From the NCBI RefSeq assembly GCF_001447785.1, contig NW_015175988.1, positions 657,286-721,285 on the forward strand: 64,000 nucleotides of DNA, written 5' to 3'. The position numbers and the translations under genes were made by a program. The notes under the pieces are model-generated. The model was not told where the DNA came from and did not search any database. It saw only the letters and a list, made by a program, of their open reading frames with translations. Shown here piece by piece: positions 26,701-41,700 of the stretch. Numbering within the stretch: the stretch's first letter is position 1; the number at the start of each line of letters is the position of its first letter. This stretch comes from Gekko japonicus. Taxonomy: Eukaryota.

Positions 26701-29700
26701 CGTGCCCAATTATCTGAGATACGAGTGTCCTGAGTTGGGTTCATATAGACTGTAGAAGAGCTATGACTGGCGGCAGACTAAATCAGTATTATGAGTTGCT
26801 CTGGCTGTGTAGATATGGTTGGAGGCACATGAGAAAGGTTTGCTTTTGTACTCTCATTGAATTCAATAGGACGGTTTGTATTTATGCCAGTGTACACATT
26901 ACACCAGCTTCAAGACGTGGCCTGGCCGAGGTGGCTTAGAGGATACAGGCTAAGCTCTCCTCTGCTCTCCTGACACTGCATATTTCTGGCTTCTATGCCA
27001 GTGTAGTTTCACCATTGCTGAGTTCACACTAGTATAGCATCGGCCGGGTGCTGTGCCAGTGTTTCATCGATTTATGCAGAAGGCTTAGATGCTATCCTAA
27101 GCAGTTTACATGCTGGTTTTAGGTTTGCACCCTAAAAGTGCTAGAAATTTCATTCAGGTTGAACATAGAGCAGAGGTTACTGGGTGAGTGGGGTGGTAGT
27201 TGTGGATTTCTTGCACAGTGCAGGGGGTTGGACTAGATGACCCTTGAGGTACCTATCAGCTCTATATCTCTATATATAGACTACCAAACCAGAATGGAGT
27301 TTAATGAGTATCCTGTGATCATAGCTGAGTGTCTTTTAGGGCAATCATAACAGCGAGGGGTTCTGGAGTTATATACTAAAATTATAGATTCTACACTGGA
27401 AACATTATTCAAACCATATTCATGCTGTTATTACTTAAGTCTTTCACTGAATATTCACTGTAAGTTGTTCCTGTTGTTAACATCTTCCTGTTGTTAACAT
27501 CTATTTTGCCTTCTTCCCCCCTGTCCATGAAGTGGCCATCAGTGAGAGTTGGAATGGGGATCGGTTCTTTGCTATCTGATTGTCTTAATGTTGTACTAAT
27601 ATTTTATCTGATTTTATCTTGTTTGAGCTATGGCTGTACGTCGCCTAGAGCCCTGCAGTAGCAGGGGTGGGGTGATTCATAAATACAATAAATAATAATA
27701 ATTATTATTATATTTGGGTCAAAATGTCCATACTCCCCGACCTTCTCATGGCCTTCCTCTCTGTTTCTCCTTCCCTCCCCTCTGTGATTCCTCAGTTTCC
27801 CTTGTACCCATCTCCCCTCTTCTTTGCTTCCTAATGAAACAAGAGGGATATATCTATAAGCAAAACATGTAAGGAGACAGTTGACATCAGTAGGGAAAAG
27901 GTTATGAGTAGGAAATGAATTATAGAAAACATTTAAGAGTAAAGAACAAGAAGGGGAGAAAAGACAAGAAGAAAACAGCTATTAAGATCATGGTTGTGAT
28001 GGCCATGGTAGGGATTACTAGTCAACATAGGTTTCACGGGAACTACCCCAGATGTTTTGCAGTTCCTCTGTATTGTTTTATTCTTGGAATAGGCTGCAGG
28101 AATCAACAAGTTGACTCAGAGCTCAGTTTTGGAGGTGCTTTCCAGTGCTGCAGTATAACATATTTTGCTACTCTTAGGCACCAGGTAAGTTGATATCTCT
28201 GTAGGCTTCTATCCCGGAATAAGTTGCAGGATTGTAAAAGTAAAAGGACCATAATGATCACATCTACTGTGATGTGATGACATGGCAGTTGGCTAGTGGG
28301 GAGCTGCAGCTCCTGTAGCTGTCACCTGTGGCAATACGAAAAGGAAACTATCTGTGATCCATTAGATATTCCTGCTATAGTAAAATGGCAGCCGTGTATT
28401 CGGTGATCGCTTTTGGATATGCTTCTTTGTTGTCAGGCGTATGAAAATCAGCATTCAGTACTGGAGGGCTAGAAATGTATGGACCAGGATTTGTGAGGCA
28501 GAACATCCCTTCTTCCCTCCAGCTATCAGATGCAAAGAGTTAAATTACTTGCCTGCCTCTGTTATCTTTTTACATATTGAAAAACCAGAAGCATCCTCTG
28601 AGGCTGTGCTGATAGAATCCTCATCTGTAAAAGAAGAGAGAGATTTCCCCCCCTTTAAAATATTGCTCAGTGGGTTCTCCTAGTCAGTCCTAGTCCGTAG
28701 TTCCTTGGCAGCTATCTTTCCTCCTTTGTTCTCCTTCTTCTACTTGCAATTTTGTAAAATGCCCACAGTATTCATGACTAGCAAGGCTTTTGTTTCCTTA
28801 TAATGCAACCTGCTTTCATTTGTAGTTTTTGCTGTGCTAACTAGGTGCACCTTTGAAGATCAAAAAGTACCACTGTTGATAATCCCATCTGATGCTAACC
28901 TAAATTTGGAGCACATGTGATATGCAGCCTGATTCAGTACATGCTTACTTGAAAGTAAATTCCATTCAGATTAACGTTGCTAGGCAAGTCTAATATGCAG
29001 TTCTAGTATGCATAGAATTGTAGCCTTGTCCAGACTGAAAGCTATTTCAAATAGGCACTTACACTTCCTGCTCACATTTTGTGCCTGCCGTTGCTAAGAA
29101 TATCAAGATAACATTATTTTGGACTGATGCTCCATTTGTGTGAACTCCCTGAAGGAGAAAGCCAGCTGGTGGGAACCTGGATGAGAGCCGTCTTTATTAC
29201 ATATTACTCTCTGTAACACTATATTGGCTGGCCTCCATGCACAAGATAAAAGCAGCATAACTGGGCCACCCACATACAATGTAGCTGTCCATGCACTTGG
29301 AAGAGTCCCCAGGTACATTAACCAAAAGTGGGGGAAATCCTTTTAAAAACTGGCCCGATGAAAATGATTTAGAACAGATGGGCTTTTGTGGGCACCTGGT
29401 GGTCAATGAAAAAAACAAGCAGAGGGGGTAGAAATCGGCCTGCTTAAGCCCCTGAGAGTTCATAGAATCCTAGAAGGGGAGATAGTGAAGTGCTTGTTGG
29501 GATTTCCAAACTGTTTCTACCAGGGGTCATTTCATAGAAAAAGAGGAACAGGAGCTCATTAGCACAACTCATTAGCATAACTTATTTGCATATGCCACAC
29601 CCCCTGACATCACCAGAAGTGTGGCAGAAGGCAACACCCACCGCTCAGGCTCCACTGGACTGTTTTGGATTGCTAGCTATTGGGGGGGGGGGGAACGTGC

Positions 29701-32700
29701 AGATCTGTCCTCACAGAGGAGGGAGAGCTTGTACCTGAATAAAACTTGGTCTTAAAGGTGCCACTGGACTGTTTTGGACCAGGGGGCTGGGGGGGGGGAC
29801 TCTGCAACTTACCTGGCTGCTCCTTGCTCTGACTGAGGGCTGCTGGGAGCAGGGGGTGGAGCTTGTTGCATGTGCCCGCCCCCTGGGCTCTTTACTGCTG
29901 GAGCTCTGCTCCTGTGCGCTCCTGCAGGAAATGACCCCTGGTTTCTATGCTTACAAGTTCTCAGTACAGAATTCCAAAAGATTTTTCAGCCCAAGAAGCT
30001 TCCCTGCTTCCCCCTTTCTCTCCCTTTTTGCAAAAAAAGAAAAGAAAAAGCTGCAAACAGTTGCTTCTTAGGAATAAGAGCTACAGAATCTCTGAAATGG
30101 AGGAAGCAATAACATTATATCACAAGGCCAAGACACAGGCAGCATTTTGCTTGCCTTTATAGTTTCCACTTAAAGCAGGGGGTGTCAAAATGTGTCCTGC
30201 CAACCCCGGGAAGCTTCCCCCTGACAGTCCATAAGATCAGTAATGGCAGACAGGCTTTCCTGAAAGATGGCTTGCCTGTCAGTACCAGTCCTCCCAGGTT
30301 ATTCATGTGTAAAGTGCCTTGAAGTCACAGCCGATCTATGGCAACCCTAGCGAGGGGCATGGCCAACTTATCCAGGGGGCACAGTGCCTAGGGCCCACAA
30401 TACTTTTAGGGGCCTGCAAAAATATTTTAATTTCTTTTAAAATCAGCAAGGGGGGGGGAAATGAACTTTTAGGGTCGAAGAAAATTTTTTACTTTTTTTC
30501 TCACGTCAGAAAAAAAATGAAATGCCTAATTAGGGTCCACGGAAATCTATTAAATTTTGTCTAAAGCAGAAAAAGATATTGACATATTTAAAGATATCAA
30601 AAATAATTTTTAATATTGGTATTATTATGGTGCAAGGGGCCCACAAAGGTAAAAGTGCCTAGGGCCCACTAAAGTCATAATGTGGCCCTGGTGAGGGGCG
30701 TTCAAGGCAAGTGAAAAGCAGAGGTGGTTTGCCATTGCTTTCTTCTGCAGAGTCTTGCTTGGGGGTTTGCCTTCCAAGTACTGACCCTGCTTAGCTTCTG
30801 AGATTGGAAGAGCTTGGGCTATACCATGCTGCCTTCCTTCTCCCCATATATTAGGTGAATATGTATTTAGCATGTTCTGGAGTACACTTGTGTTCCAGAT
30901 GGGGGACTATGAGGCTCAACAGGTGTGACCCTATGAGAACTGAGTGTGCCCCTTAAAACATACACCTGCATCTTCTGCAGTATACAGTGGTCCCATGGGA
31001 GATTCTCAGAGGTATCTAGACAGACAAGTCAGCCTACAGAGGGAACAAGTGACTAGGGAACAAGTGACATGCACAGAATGGCAAACACACAGCTTTAAGC
31101 AGTGCCTAGGGTGCTTAACAGAACTGACTATAGCCAGTTGCATTGGCTGCTATTGTGGTTCCAGGCCCAATGCAAAGTACTGGGGTCAATATTTAAGGTC
31201 CTAAATGGGCTTGGATCCAAGGTATCTGTTGAACTGCTTCCACCTAATCCATACAAGCTTGCTATCTGTGAGGTCATCCACGGAAGCCTCGTTGTGTGAA
31301 CTCCCGGCTGGAGCAATCTGCTTGGTGAGAACCTGTGTCAAGAACTTTCTCTGCAGCCATTCCTATTTTTTGGAATCCACTGGACCTTCCAGACTGCAGT
31401 CAGTTCCTTCCCAAGAGTCCTTCCAGCACCAGCTGAAAACATCTTTAGTCCAGAAGGCCTTTTTATAAGTCGATTCTCTCCCCTGTGTTTGTACATTGTT
31501 AGTGGCTGCTATTTATTTAACTGTTTTGTGTGGATTATTTTGTTGTTGTTCAGTCGCACAGTTGAGTCTGACTCTTCGTGACCCCATGGACCATCTCCCG
31601 GTATTATATCATTATATAATGATTATATATATATATATATGATATACTGTTAACTCACATTAACCATATTATTATCAATCTGTTATTAAATAGTCAGTAT
31701 TGAGTAGTTTAAGTAGAAAGGTCGGATATAAGTTTTATCGATTTATTTATTTAGTACATTTTTACCCTGCCCTTCCTCCAAGGAGCATAGGGTAGCATAA
31801 TATCACCTCTTGCATTTTATCCCAGCAACCCTTTGAGGTACGTCTGAGAGTGACTGGTCTAAAGACACCCAGTGAGTTTCTTGGCAAGTAGGGGTTTGAT
31901 CTTGAGTCTCCCCAGGCCGTAGACCAACATTCCGACCACTAGGCCAGACCACCTGCCATAAAACACACATCTGGAAGGCAGTGAAAATTTTCTGATGCTA
32001 TATTTTTTTCCGTGGAAAAAATTCTGACCCACATATTAGCTATAGTTGTCAGGGCTGTTGTGCTGAAGAGGTAAATGTGGGATATGAAGTATGGACAAAC
32101 TGCAGTGTTTGCACATGGTCAATGTTTGTACATGGGGTATATGCCTTCTTTTGTTAACACTATTTAAATTTTTCTAAAATTAATATGGCTTTTGTAAATA
32201 TTTAAATTATTTATTTTCATTTGAACCGAAAATGTTCCGTTTCAAATTTCCCCTGGAAACCCACAGAGTGGAAGGATGCTGGGGGGTGGTGGTGCAGACT
32301 TGGGGGGGTACTGATGCGTGCAAAATTGCAGCCTCCTGAAGCTGTTTTTATTTTTAAATGGATGGGACTGTATTTGTATCTTGCATTTTATGGGAAGAAA
32401 TCTCTCTTTCAGCACTGAGTAACAAAGTATAGGATACAGTAGAATGCAGAGGACCGGCTAATCGTCTTGGTGTAAACTTTTCCTATTATTCAAATAGCCT
32501 CTGAATGATGCCTTGTCACCCTCTGTTTGAAGCTGCCATTGGTCAGACCAGCTGAAGAGAGAGAACTGCATTTTTTTTTGGGGGGGGGAATCACTTTTTA
32601 TTCTGCTCACATCCACCTTCACATTAATCACTCTGAATAGAAACATTTTATGTTTGTCTCAGTGCTGGCCTTTTTTGTACACGGGGGATAGGCTAGTAAA

Positions 32701-35700
32701 GTGTAGCATTTGGTAATACCTGAATGATCAACTCTTTAACTTTTTTGAGAGAAATGGTGGGAGTTTTCATTATCAAACTAAAGTTAAAATAAAACCCAAC
32801 AAATCAGTATTTTTAAATACAATGTGAACTGAAAGACATTGGCACAAATGCCAATATCCAGCAAAACTCTCACCCTGAGTCAGCCTTTGTTTTGAGAACC
32901 AAAGCGAAAAGTGTCTAGAAGACAAGCCTGAAAAAAGACATTTTTCTTTCGGTTTTAGAGGCAGTGTGTTGAAAAGTTTTGCCTGTTTGGGGTTGTTTGT
33001 TTGTTTCTTCCATTAGCATAAAATATGCCATTATGGTATAAATGAAGTTATAAAGGTGAATTATAAGTAAACTTGTATGTTCTGGGAGACTTGATCCAAC
33101 ATACCCCCAGTGTAAATAAATTCTACATAATGGAAAGCAAAGATCTGTGAATGCAAGCTCTTTCTGTGGCTGCTAGTGGAACAGCACTTCGCAGCTGGGT
33201 TAGCAGTCCATGCATTCAACTATTCCATGGGATACTGAAGCATTAATCCTAATACGTTTGGGCTTCTTTTCTTTAGACCCTTTCAGGCTTAAATAGTTGC
33301 AGATAAAAACTTGGAAACATGTGGGCAGCATCTAGACAGAGTTTAGAGATGTACTGTTCAAGGTCTGCGTGTGTGCGCTTTCTCCAGAGCCTACTATATC
33401 ATTTTCCTCTGCCTCTTGTTATTAATTGACAAGTCCTTTTCCCCTTTCTGCCATCCCAATCCTTGCCAGCCTTTCAAATGCTGCCAAATTGTAAATATTG
33501 CAGCTGGATTCAGATATGCAGATTGTGCAATTTTGGGCACAGGTGTGCACACCTTCAATTATACTGTTTCATAACTTTCAAAAGCTGAGATTTGTTGTAA
33601 AACATGATGCAGTCCTATGAGAAGGTATATAGAAATAGCTCTAATTCTTTTTCAGATTTTTTTTTAGAAGATAGAATAATGGGAAAATATGGGTCCCCCC
33701 CACATACAGTCTGGCTTGGTTCCATCTATTCTGTTATCTTGGGACTCCTCCCGCTTCCTTCCCATTTCACTGTGCTACAGATTTGTTTTCTTGTAAGGTG
33801 GTCTTGGGGTCCTTGTCTGTGGTAAAATTTTGGAGCTTCAGAAATTATACATCTAGCTACCAATGAAATATGCAAGTCCTACGTATGTGGTATGGTACAA
33901 GTTGTGCTTCTTTTCAACTTTCAAGTAACAAATTGAGTCAAACGAAACAAATAATACTATCAACAAATGTGTGGTCCCACCACCACACTTGCGAAGATAA
34001 TGGAAAACCTGTGTATGTGGGTACGGGGTGGGGAGGAGGGGTAGATTTGCACAGAAGGATCACCGAAGAGAGGGGGAAAGGTTCATCCTCTTTCTTTACT
34101 ACTTATGCTTTTTTGGCGGTGGGATTTGTAGGCTGCTGACTTAATGCAATTATGATCCTTAAATGGATTTTATGTGTAGGAACAGAGCAGTCATTTTGCA
34201 GTAAGGGAGCTGCATGATCTTTTCTCGCTCGCTGTCACTTACTGCCTCATTGCATTCATGTGATACGGGCTATGTCTTTGAACTTTCACAGAGGCTATAC
34301 TCCCATCAAGGGAGTCAAACCTCCACCGAATCCCGTGTTCCCTTCATAATTTTAATGCAGTTCTCCTTTTCATGGCATTTTACCATTTCTTGATGTGAAC
34401 TGCTTGCATCGATAGAGGGTCATCCTATTTTTTTTTTTTAAGGCAAGAGGGATGTGGGGTAGAATTATTTTTTGACAATGGCTGAGAAAAGGATGATAAC
34501 AAATTAAACTTGCAATTGTATTTGACGTCATGCTTTATGTAAAGTATTAATATGTTTGTTCTGGCTATTAATTATGTAGTTGGTTTATGGAACACTTTCA
34601 AAGTCCTTGTCTTCTCACAACAATCACAGGAGGCATGGTGCCTTTATTCCCACTTGGGAGATACAGGATGTGAGGTTGTGGGAATTGGGTCCTGGTTGTG
34701 ATTCTGACAGTCCGATCCTATGGAAAGATATTCCAGTCTGAGTCCACTTGGGCTTAGATTGGAGTAACGTTGCAGAGGGTAGCACTCAGTATCTTCCAGC
34801 TTCTCTGTCTTCTACAAAGCTGTCTGCTCATGGATCAAGAACCATGTAAATAGATCTGGACAAGCCCCCCTCTAAGATGTTCTCTCCCAGTGTCTTTCAC
34901 AGTGGCCTTCTAAGCAAGTGTCTTTCTTGAAATTGTGAAACTTGCAGCAAAGGAGTTGGGAAATAATAATGATAATTGAAAATAATAATGATTCGCAGGT
35001 GCATGACATGGGAAACAGATATTGGATCCAAGTCTAACACAATCAGTGTTTTAGAAGCTCGGGATGCCTGAGAATCTGTTGGTTTGTTTTTTGCCATCAA
35101 GTCACAACCGACTTATGGCAACCCTGTAAGGTTTTCAAGGCAAGAGATATTCAGAGGTGGTTTACCATTGCCTGCCTCTGCGTACTGACCCTGGTATTCT
35201 TTGGTGGTCTCCCATCCAAATACTAACCAGGGCCTACCCTGCTTAGCTTCCAAGATTTGACAAGATTGGGCTGTGATTTTTATCAAAGGGAGTGCAAAAA
35301 GAAAGTGTTCCTCCAAAGGATGAGAAAACAGCTTTACTTCCTTTCGCCACCTCATGCCATATTGGGATCGTCATCCCAGTATGCATCTAAGAAGTCATGC
35401 TCAGAGCCTCCCAGTCTAGTTTTCTCATGAAAAGAGATTTCGGGAGTTTCCTGTGTTTGGGAAATAAATTGCTGTATAGAGCTAGGAAATAGGTTTTATT
35501 TGTTAGCGTTTTTGTGTTCATCCCTTGTTTGTTCATCCTAGTTAATTACATTTATGATGGATCCCAACTGCACTGTAGTTTGGAAAGGAGCTGAACACAA
35601 AATCTGTTTATCGTCCATGAATGTGACCCATTAAGTTCCTATGCTTAATTTCACTGAAACTGTAGATATTTTTCTAGGGCTGCTTCTAATGTGACTTCTA

Positions 35701-38700
35701 AAACTGTAGATATTTTTTCTAGGGCTGCTTCAAATGTGACTTCTAAGGTTCTTTTTTCTTTTCTGGCAATTTTATCCTTGATTTTGTTGTTGTTGTCCAC
35801 AACAAGTTTATATGGTAATTTATATGAACCAAATACAAGGCACACTTTTTTCATACCTTTATAGCCCTAAAAGGCTTGGTGCCTGGGTACTTAAATGACC
35901 GTCTCCTCCCATTTTGTCCAGCCTGCCAGTTAAGAGCTACCTCACAAGGCCTGCTATCTGTACTCCCATTTCCAGAAGTGAGGTAGATGGTAACTGGAAA
36001 CTGAGATTTTTCAGCTGTGGCATCTCACCTGTGAAACACTCTTCTTCTAGAGGCTTGCCTAGTCTCTTTCAGACACCAGGCTAAAAAGTTTTTGTTTAAC
36101 CAGACTTTTAATTAAGGACGGGTTGATGTTCCACCACCATTTTAATAGTGTGTTTTGGTCCAGAAACTGGTATTCATTTTTCTTTTAAGCATTTTTAAGC
36201 TGCTTAATTATCTTAAGTTTTAATGTTCTAGGTGGCTATTTTATGTTGTGATATAATTAAGAATGTTTAATGCTTTTAAATCAGGGCTATTTTTGGGCAG
36301 GAACGCACAGGAACTGAGTTCCGGCTGGCTTCAGAGTTGGCCACGCCCACTACAGCCAAAACCTCTGCGTGCGTGGCTACAGAGGGAAGGCCAGGAGAGC
36401 GACACCCCCCCCAGCGACTCCGAGGTGGGTGGGCCGGGGGGGCGGCTGGAAGGATTGGGGAGGCATTTAAATGCCTCCCCGTGCTTTTCCCCGGTCTGTC
36501 CAAGGGCAGCTTGTCTGGGCTCCCTGCAGCCACGGGGCGCCTAAGCAAGCCAAGGGAAGGCAATTTAAACTGCCTTCCCTTCCCTTCAAGGAGGGGCTTG
36601 CCTGGGCTAGCCAAGGGAAGGCGTGGGGTGTGGCCTAATATGCTAATGGGTTTCTGCTGTTGGGTGTGGCCTATTATGTTAATGAGTTCCTGCTGGGCTT
36701 TTTCTACAAAAAAAAGCCCTGGCTTTTTATTATGTTTTATTTTGTAAGCAGTCTCAGGCAGGTCATTTGGAGAGGCAACAGAAACATTCTCTAAAACTTT
36801 TTTTGTAAGAAATGTAACCTTTATCAGAAACAATTGCATCTATTATCCAGGACTCATTGGAAGGATCCTGTGTAGTATTGGTTGACTAAAACTAAAAGAG
36901 AAGTCAATAATCAAAGGTAATTGTCTACCTTGTAAAAGTATAGTCTCTTTCAATGTTCCCTCTAAGCTGTGGAGTCTTGTGAGCAAACATTCTATTTTGT
37001 GAGCTACTGGCATTAAAGTTGTGAGCGAGCGGTTTGGCCACTGCATCAATTAGTTTGCTCTGGAGCCATCCTTCCTGAGCGAAGACAAAAATGCGTGAGC
37101 CGGAGGCTAAAAAACTGTGAGCTAGCTCACACTAACTCAGCTTAGAGGGAACACTGGTCTCTTTATACTGTATGCGGACAAGGCGGTTTCCAGAATCATT
37201 CCTCACCTATGTCAGTTGACTCTTTCTTTATATGTGTGAGCTCCGTGCCGGCTGCATTTCTGGAATCCTCTTCATCATCTGGGATTTCTGTGTAAATCAG
37301 AAAGCAGATATCAAAAGGTGATTAATTATACTGAATTAATTATACTGAAGATATAAACTTGACATAATGGGGCCCCAAGTTTATATCTTCAGTATAATGC
37401 ACTTATTTCAACAATTGCCAAAACAAGAAAACTCACTGAGTTGGAACTAGGATGCGAACATTCTCTAAGATTTTTATTCTTTTGCTTTTTAAAAAATGTT
37501 TAAAATGCTTAATACCCAGTCCTGGATTTGTCTCACCAGCAGATAAAGTGATACACATCGTCTTCTGCATCAGAGAATTCTGGCATTCTGTTGCGTGGAT
37601 TCAAATGAACAAAAGTGGTTAAGCCATCGTGGAGTGTTGTTTCTATTGATGAAATGACTGATACCAAGAATGCTGTGCCTAGACAAACCTGAATACAGCG
37701 CAATCCTAAACAGAGTTACACCATTTTAAGCCTATTGGTTTTGGTGGCTCAGGGGTGAAACTCTCTTTAAGATTTCACTATTAATGAGACTGCAAGTTGC
37801 TAGTTCTAGAAAGTCCTATGAAATGTGGATAGAACCAAAGGCTGGTGATTTGAGCTTTCCCCACTTGGCTGTGCTGAGGATGAGCTTTCAGAAAGCTGCT
37901 ACACACAGAATATGGTGCTATGGTGTTAGCTATGCTGCCATGATGTTTATGGGCGAGAGTACAACTGCTTGACCTGTGTACCAACTGATTTCAGTTTTCC
38001 GAAATGCTCTGCTGATGTTGCAGTCAGATACAGCTGCACAGATTTTCATAAAACAGAAGCATATAGGTGCACATTAATAAAAGTGCTAGCTAAGTCAGTA
38101 TACTGTTTCAGGTTGCAAGATTTCCAGGACAGATAGTTAATTATGAGTTTGTATTCTGGGCAAAATTGAACTATGATAGGATATGAGATCTTTAGGCATA
38201 TTCTGGGACACACTGGGCATGACTTCCCACAAGGACTAGCATGTGCACATGTCCCCATAGTACACCAAGTCAGTTGTTACCAGAAGCCAGAAACAATGCA
38301 CAACAAACAAGCCAACCATTTACTGAATTAATGCATCATACTGTGGTCATGATCCTTCCCCCACTTGTATCAGCAAAGTTATTGTAATTATTCAGAATGT
38401 TTGATTTTTTAAAAAATGTGGATTGCTATATTTTATCTCTGTAAAGAGGGTGGAATTCTGGCCTTCAGTTTAATTGGCTTCTGGCTGTTTGGTGATGCTA
38501 CCCCCTTTGGACAGAATGTGTACCTCCTATCCTCAATGACAGCTAGAGAGATTGACCCAACAAAAAGGTAAATGTCCAAGGTTGTGCAGAAGGGTCACTG
38601 ACTGCAGTTTCTAACTCTGAGTTATGTTCTCAGACTTTTAGGTAATGCTGTTGGCAAATATTGAGCAACAGAATCAGCAGCTGTAACACCTTATTAAAAA

Positions 38701-41700
38701 GTCACTCAGTGTCAGTGCTCACTTATTAAGATTTATCAGTTACTACTGAAGGTTTCAGCTGCTTAAAAGGCATTTATTTAACGTTTTTAAAATACATTTG
38801 CTGACAGTATGAATGTTTCTTTCAGTTTTCGAAATTGCAGTGCATTGTGCTGTAATCCGTTCAAACCCCTTTGCGCACAACAAACACTTAAACTCAGATC
38901 CAAGTTTATAGGCTTTTACATTTACTTTAATTAGTAGTTTGGCACCCTCTGCTGGATAAGTCTTTGGTACTGTTTTGAGAAATGCTTGTGGTTCCTCTTT
39001 CTTTTTTAGAGGTATATCCAGAATCAGGCTGCCTAAAGTAAAGTGTAGTCACCAGTTTGCAACAGTAATGAGGAATGTCTGATCCGGTGGGCTCTAATTT
39101 AAAGCTCAAGGGCCTTCCATGGTTTATACTAATATACACACTCTGGATAGTGTTCTGGCTCTTTCTCTGTGGCTGTTTTGGTATTTTGGTATCTTTATGG
39201 CAATTCTTTAGATAAGAAATTTTCTGGGAGAAACGCACGGTAAGTGCAAAAGGGAAAGTCATGGTGGATTGCGACTGACGGCGGATCTGTCCGTCTCGCA
39301 TCTCTCCCAGCTTTCCTCTACCGAGGTCAGAGAAACAAAGGTGCTACTCCCCTCCTCCATTTTATCCTTGTAACGATTTTGTGAGTTCTTTCACTCAGTA
39401 TCCAAGGCACAGTGCATTATGGGAAACTGTAGGGGGAGGGGGGGAGAATCTACATGTGCCTAGATATTTAAAGTTCCTGAAGTCATCAGGAAGTAAAAAA
39501 CAGGCTTTGCTTTGGGGGTTTTCAGCCCCTCTCCCCAGGGAAACCTTCCCGCTGATGTTTTTGGAAATATGGAATACATGCAATATATGTTTCCTTATCA
39601 GATCTAAACTTATTTTACCTAAAGTCTATTATATGTAACTTAAATGAATCAGGATGTTTCATATTTTAGTGAACCTGTTGAATAACAGTAAAAAAATGCA
39701 CCTTACTCACCTAAATCAGTAACTTCTTCTTTTATATCTTCCTTCATGCATACAATAACTGGCTGTTCCAAATGGCCATTTACATAGTTATCTTCATCTA
39801 ATGTCTCATGGAGTGCTAGAAGTGCAAAGAGAGATGCTTATGCTGATGTTTGTTATGCTGCTTGACTGACCAACTCATGAAAGAGAAATCTGTTTCCAGG
39901 GCCAGACCCAGCAGTATGGGGACTGTTCATCTATGGTGCACATCTATTACATATGCTTATACCTCCCACCAACAAGCTATAGATCCATATATGGCATCAA
40001 ACTAATAGGTCAGCCAAGCAGCACCCCAATTCCAAAAGTCTGTAAGTCATATATGAGTCCAGCTGCAGAGCAACCAGTGTCTTCATGGAGAGAAAAAATC
40101 CATGCAAAGTAGACAGTTCCAGAAAAAGAGCCACTCTCATTTATACACACAAGCACTAGGAATATAAAAGCATACATTCTGTTTCTCAGACACAAGTGGC
40201 GTGCTGCTTATTTGGGGGGGTCTGTTTTTACTTTAAATTACTCTTTATATATAAACTGGGTAGTTTCTGCTGCCACCAGGAATTCAAAATTCCAAAAATC
40301 TCTTTCCACTGCTGGTAATGTGACCTAGGGTCTGGGCATTTCAGAGTTTTTTGTGGCCCTGAGGACGGACTGAGCTGAATTCTGGGATATACTTAAACAA
40401 AATTTGATTTATTGATTAAAGAACAAAAATAAGTTGCTGGTTATCTTAAACTGTTTTTGGAATAAAGAACTTGTAACTATAACTGGGTAGGTATCACACA
40501 CAGTCCTCCTGACATTAAAATTCCACACTGACAGGAATCTCTGTTTCATATGGGCAGCCACACTGGCTAAGCTCTTTGTCTTATGGACTCTCTCAAAACT
40601 TTAGAGTCACATAGACTCTTCTCATAGCTCTTCCACACTTCACTTTCCAAGGACACATACATAGAACTCTTTAAGTTTCCACACAGAACTCGGTCATATC
40701 ACTCACTGAATTCCCTCAACACACACTGCAAAGATTCACTCAGAACAACTCCTCCCACACTCTCAGTCATCCACCAATCACAGCACACTTGTCTCCCTCT
40801 TTCACTCTCCTTCCAGCACTGTACTCAAACCAAACATTTAAAGACACACACTCACTAAAACCAAACATTTAAAGACACACACTCACTAAAACGAGGAATC
40901 ATTACACCATACTTATGCATCTTCTCTCCAATTTTGTTTCTCCTGATGAGGTTGCTGCAGATGGTGGTTGCCATACTGCCACCACCGCAAGTTAAAACAA
41001 CCTCATTGGCAGTCTGGTCCAACATGAAACTGGCAGTCCACCACCCAACCGCTGCCTCTTCAACCACCATCACCACTAGCATTGCTTCTTGCCTGTCTTT
41101 GACCTATTTCAGATTTTGCACCCATACTGTAGGAACTTAGAATGATGTTTCTAGGGACCTTCCTTCCTCATACTGTCCAGTACACTGGTATGTGCAGTGT
41201 ACATGTCCAGAGAACAAATAATACACATATATAAATTGCTGTGAAAACAGACAGGGGGAAAAGTCTTTCCCCTTCAGAATTCCCTCCTGCTGCCCTGACC
41301 CGGATAGCCCAGGCTAAGGAGGGCCGACTTCGGCAAGTACTTGGAAGGGCAACCTCCAAGGAATACCAGAGGCGGGATGCAGAGTCAGGCTAATCAAATC
41401 ACCTCTCTGAAAAATGTCCAAGCCCCTAGTAGGTGTTGCCAGAAGTCAACCATGACTTCTAGGCAAGCACACAAACACACACACACACACACACACACAA
41501 TTTTTTTAAAAAAATTCCCTCCTGCTGGCCCAAACTTCAAAAGTTGTCTAGGCCAGTTGACAGCCCTTATATATGTAGCAGAATTGACAGAATCTGTATT
41601 TTACTCAAGAAATTAATGCAGAATGACTCTGCGTTTACCTGTGTCTGCCACTTTCTGTGTGTCTGTGAGCCCCAGATCTCCTGACACACTGCTAACTGAA

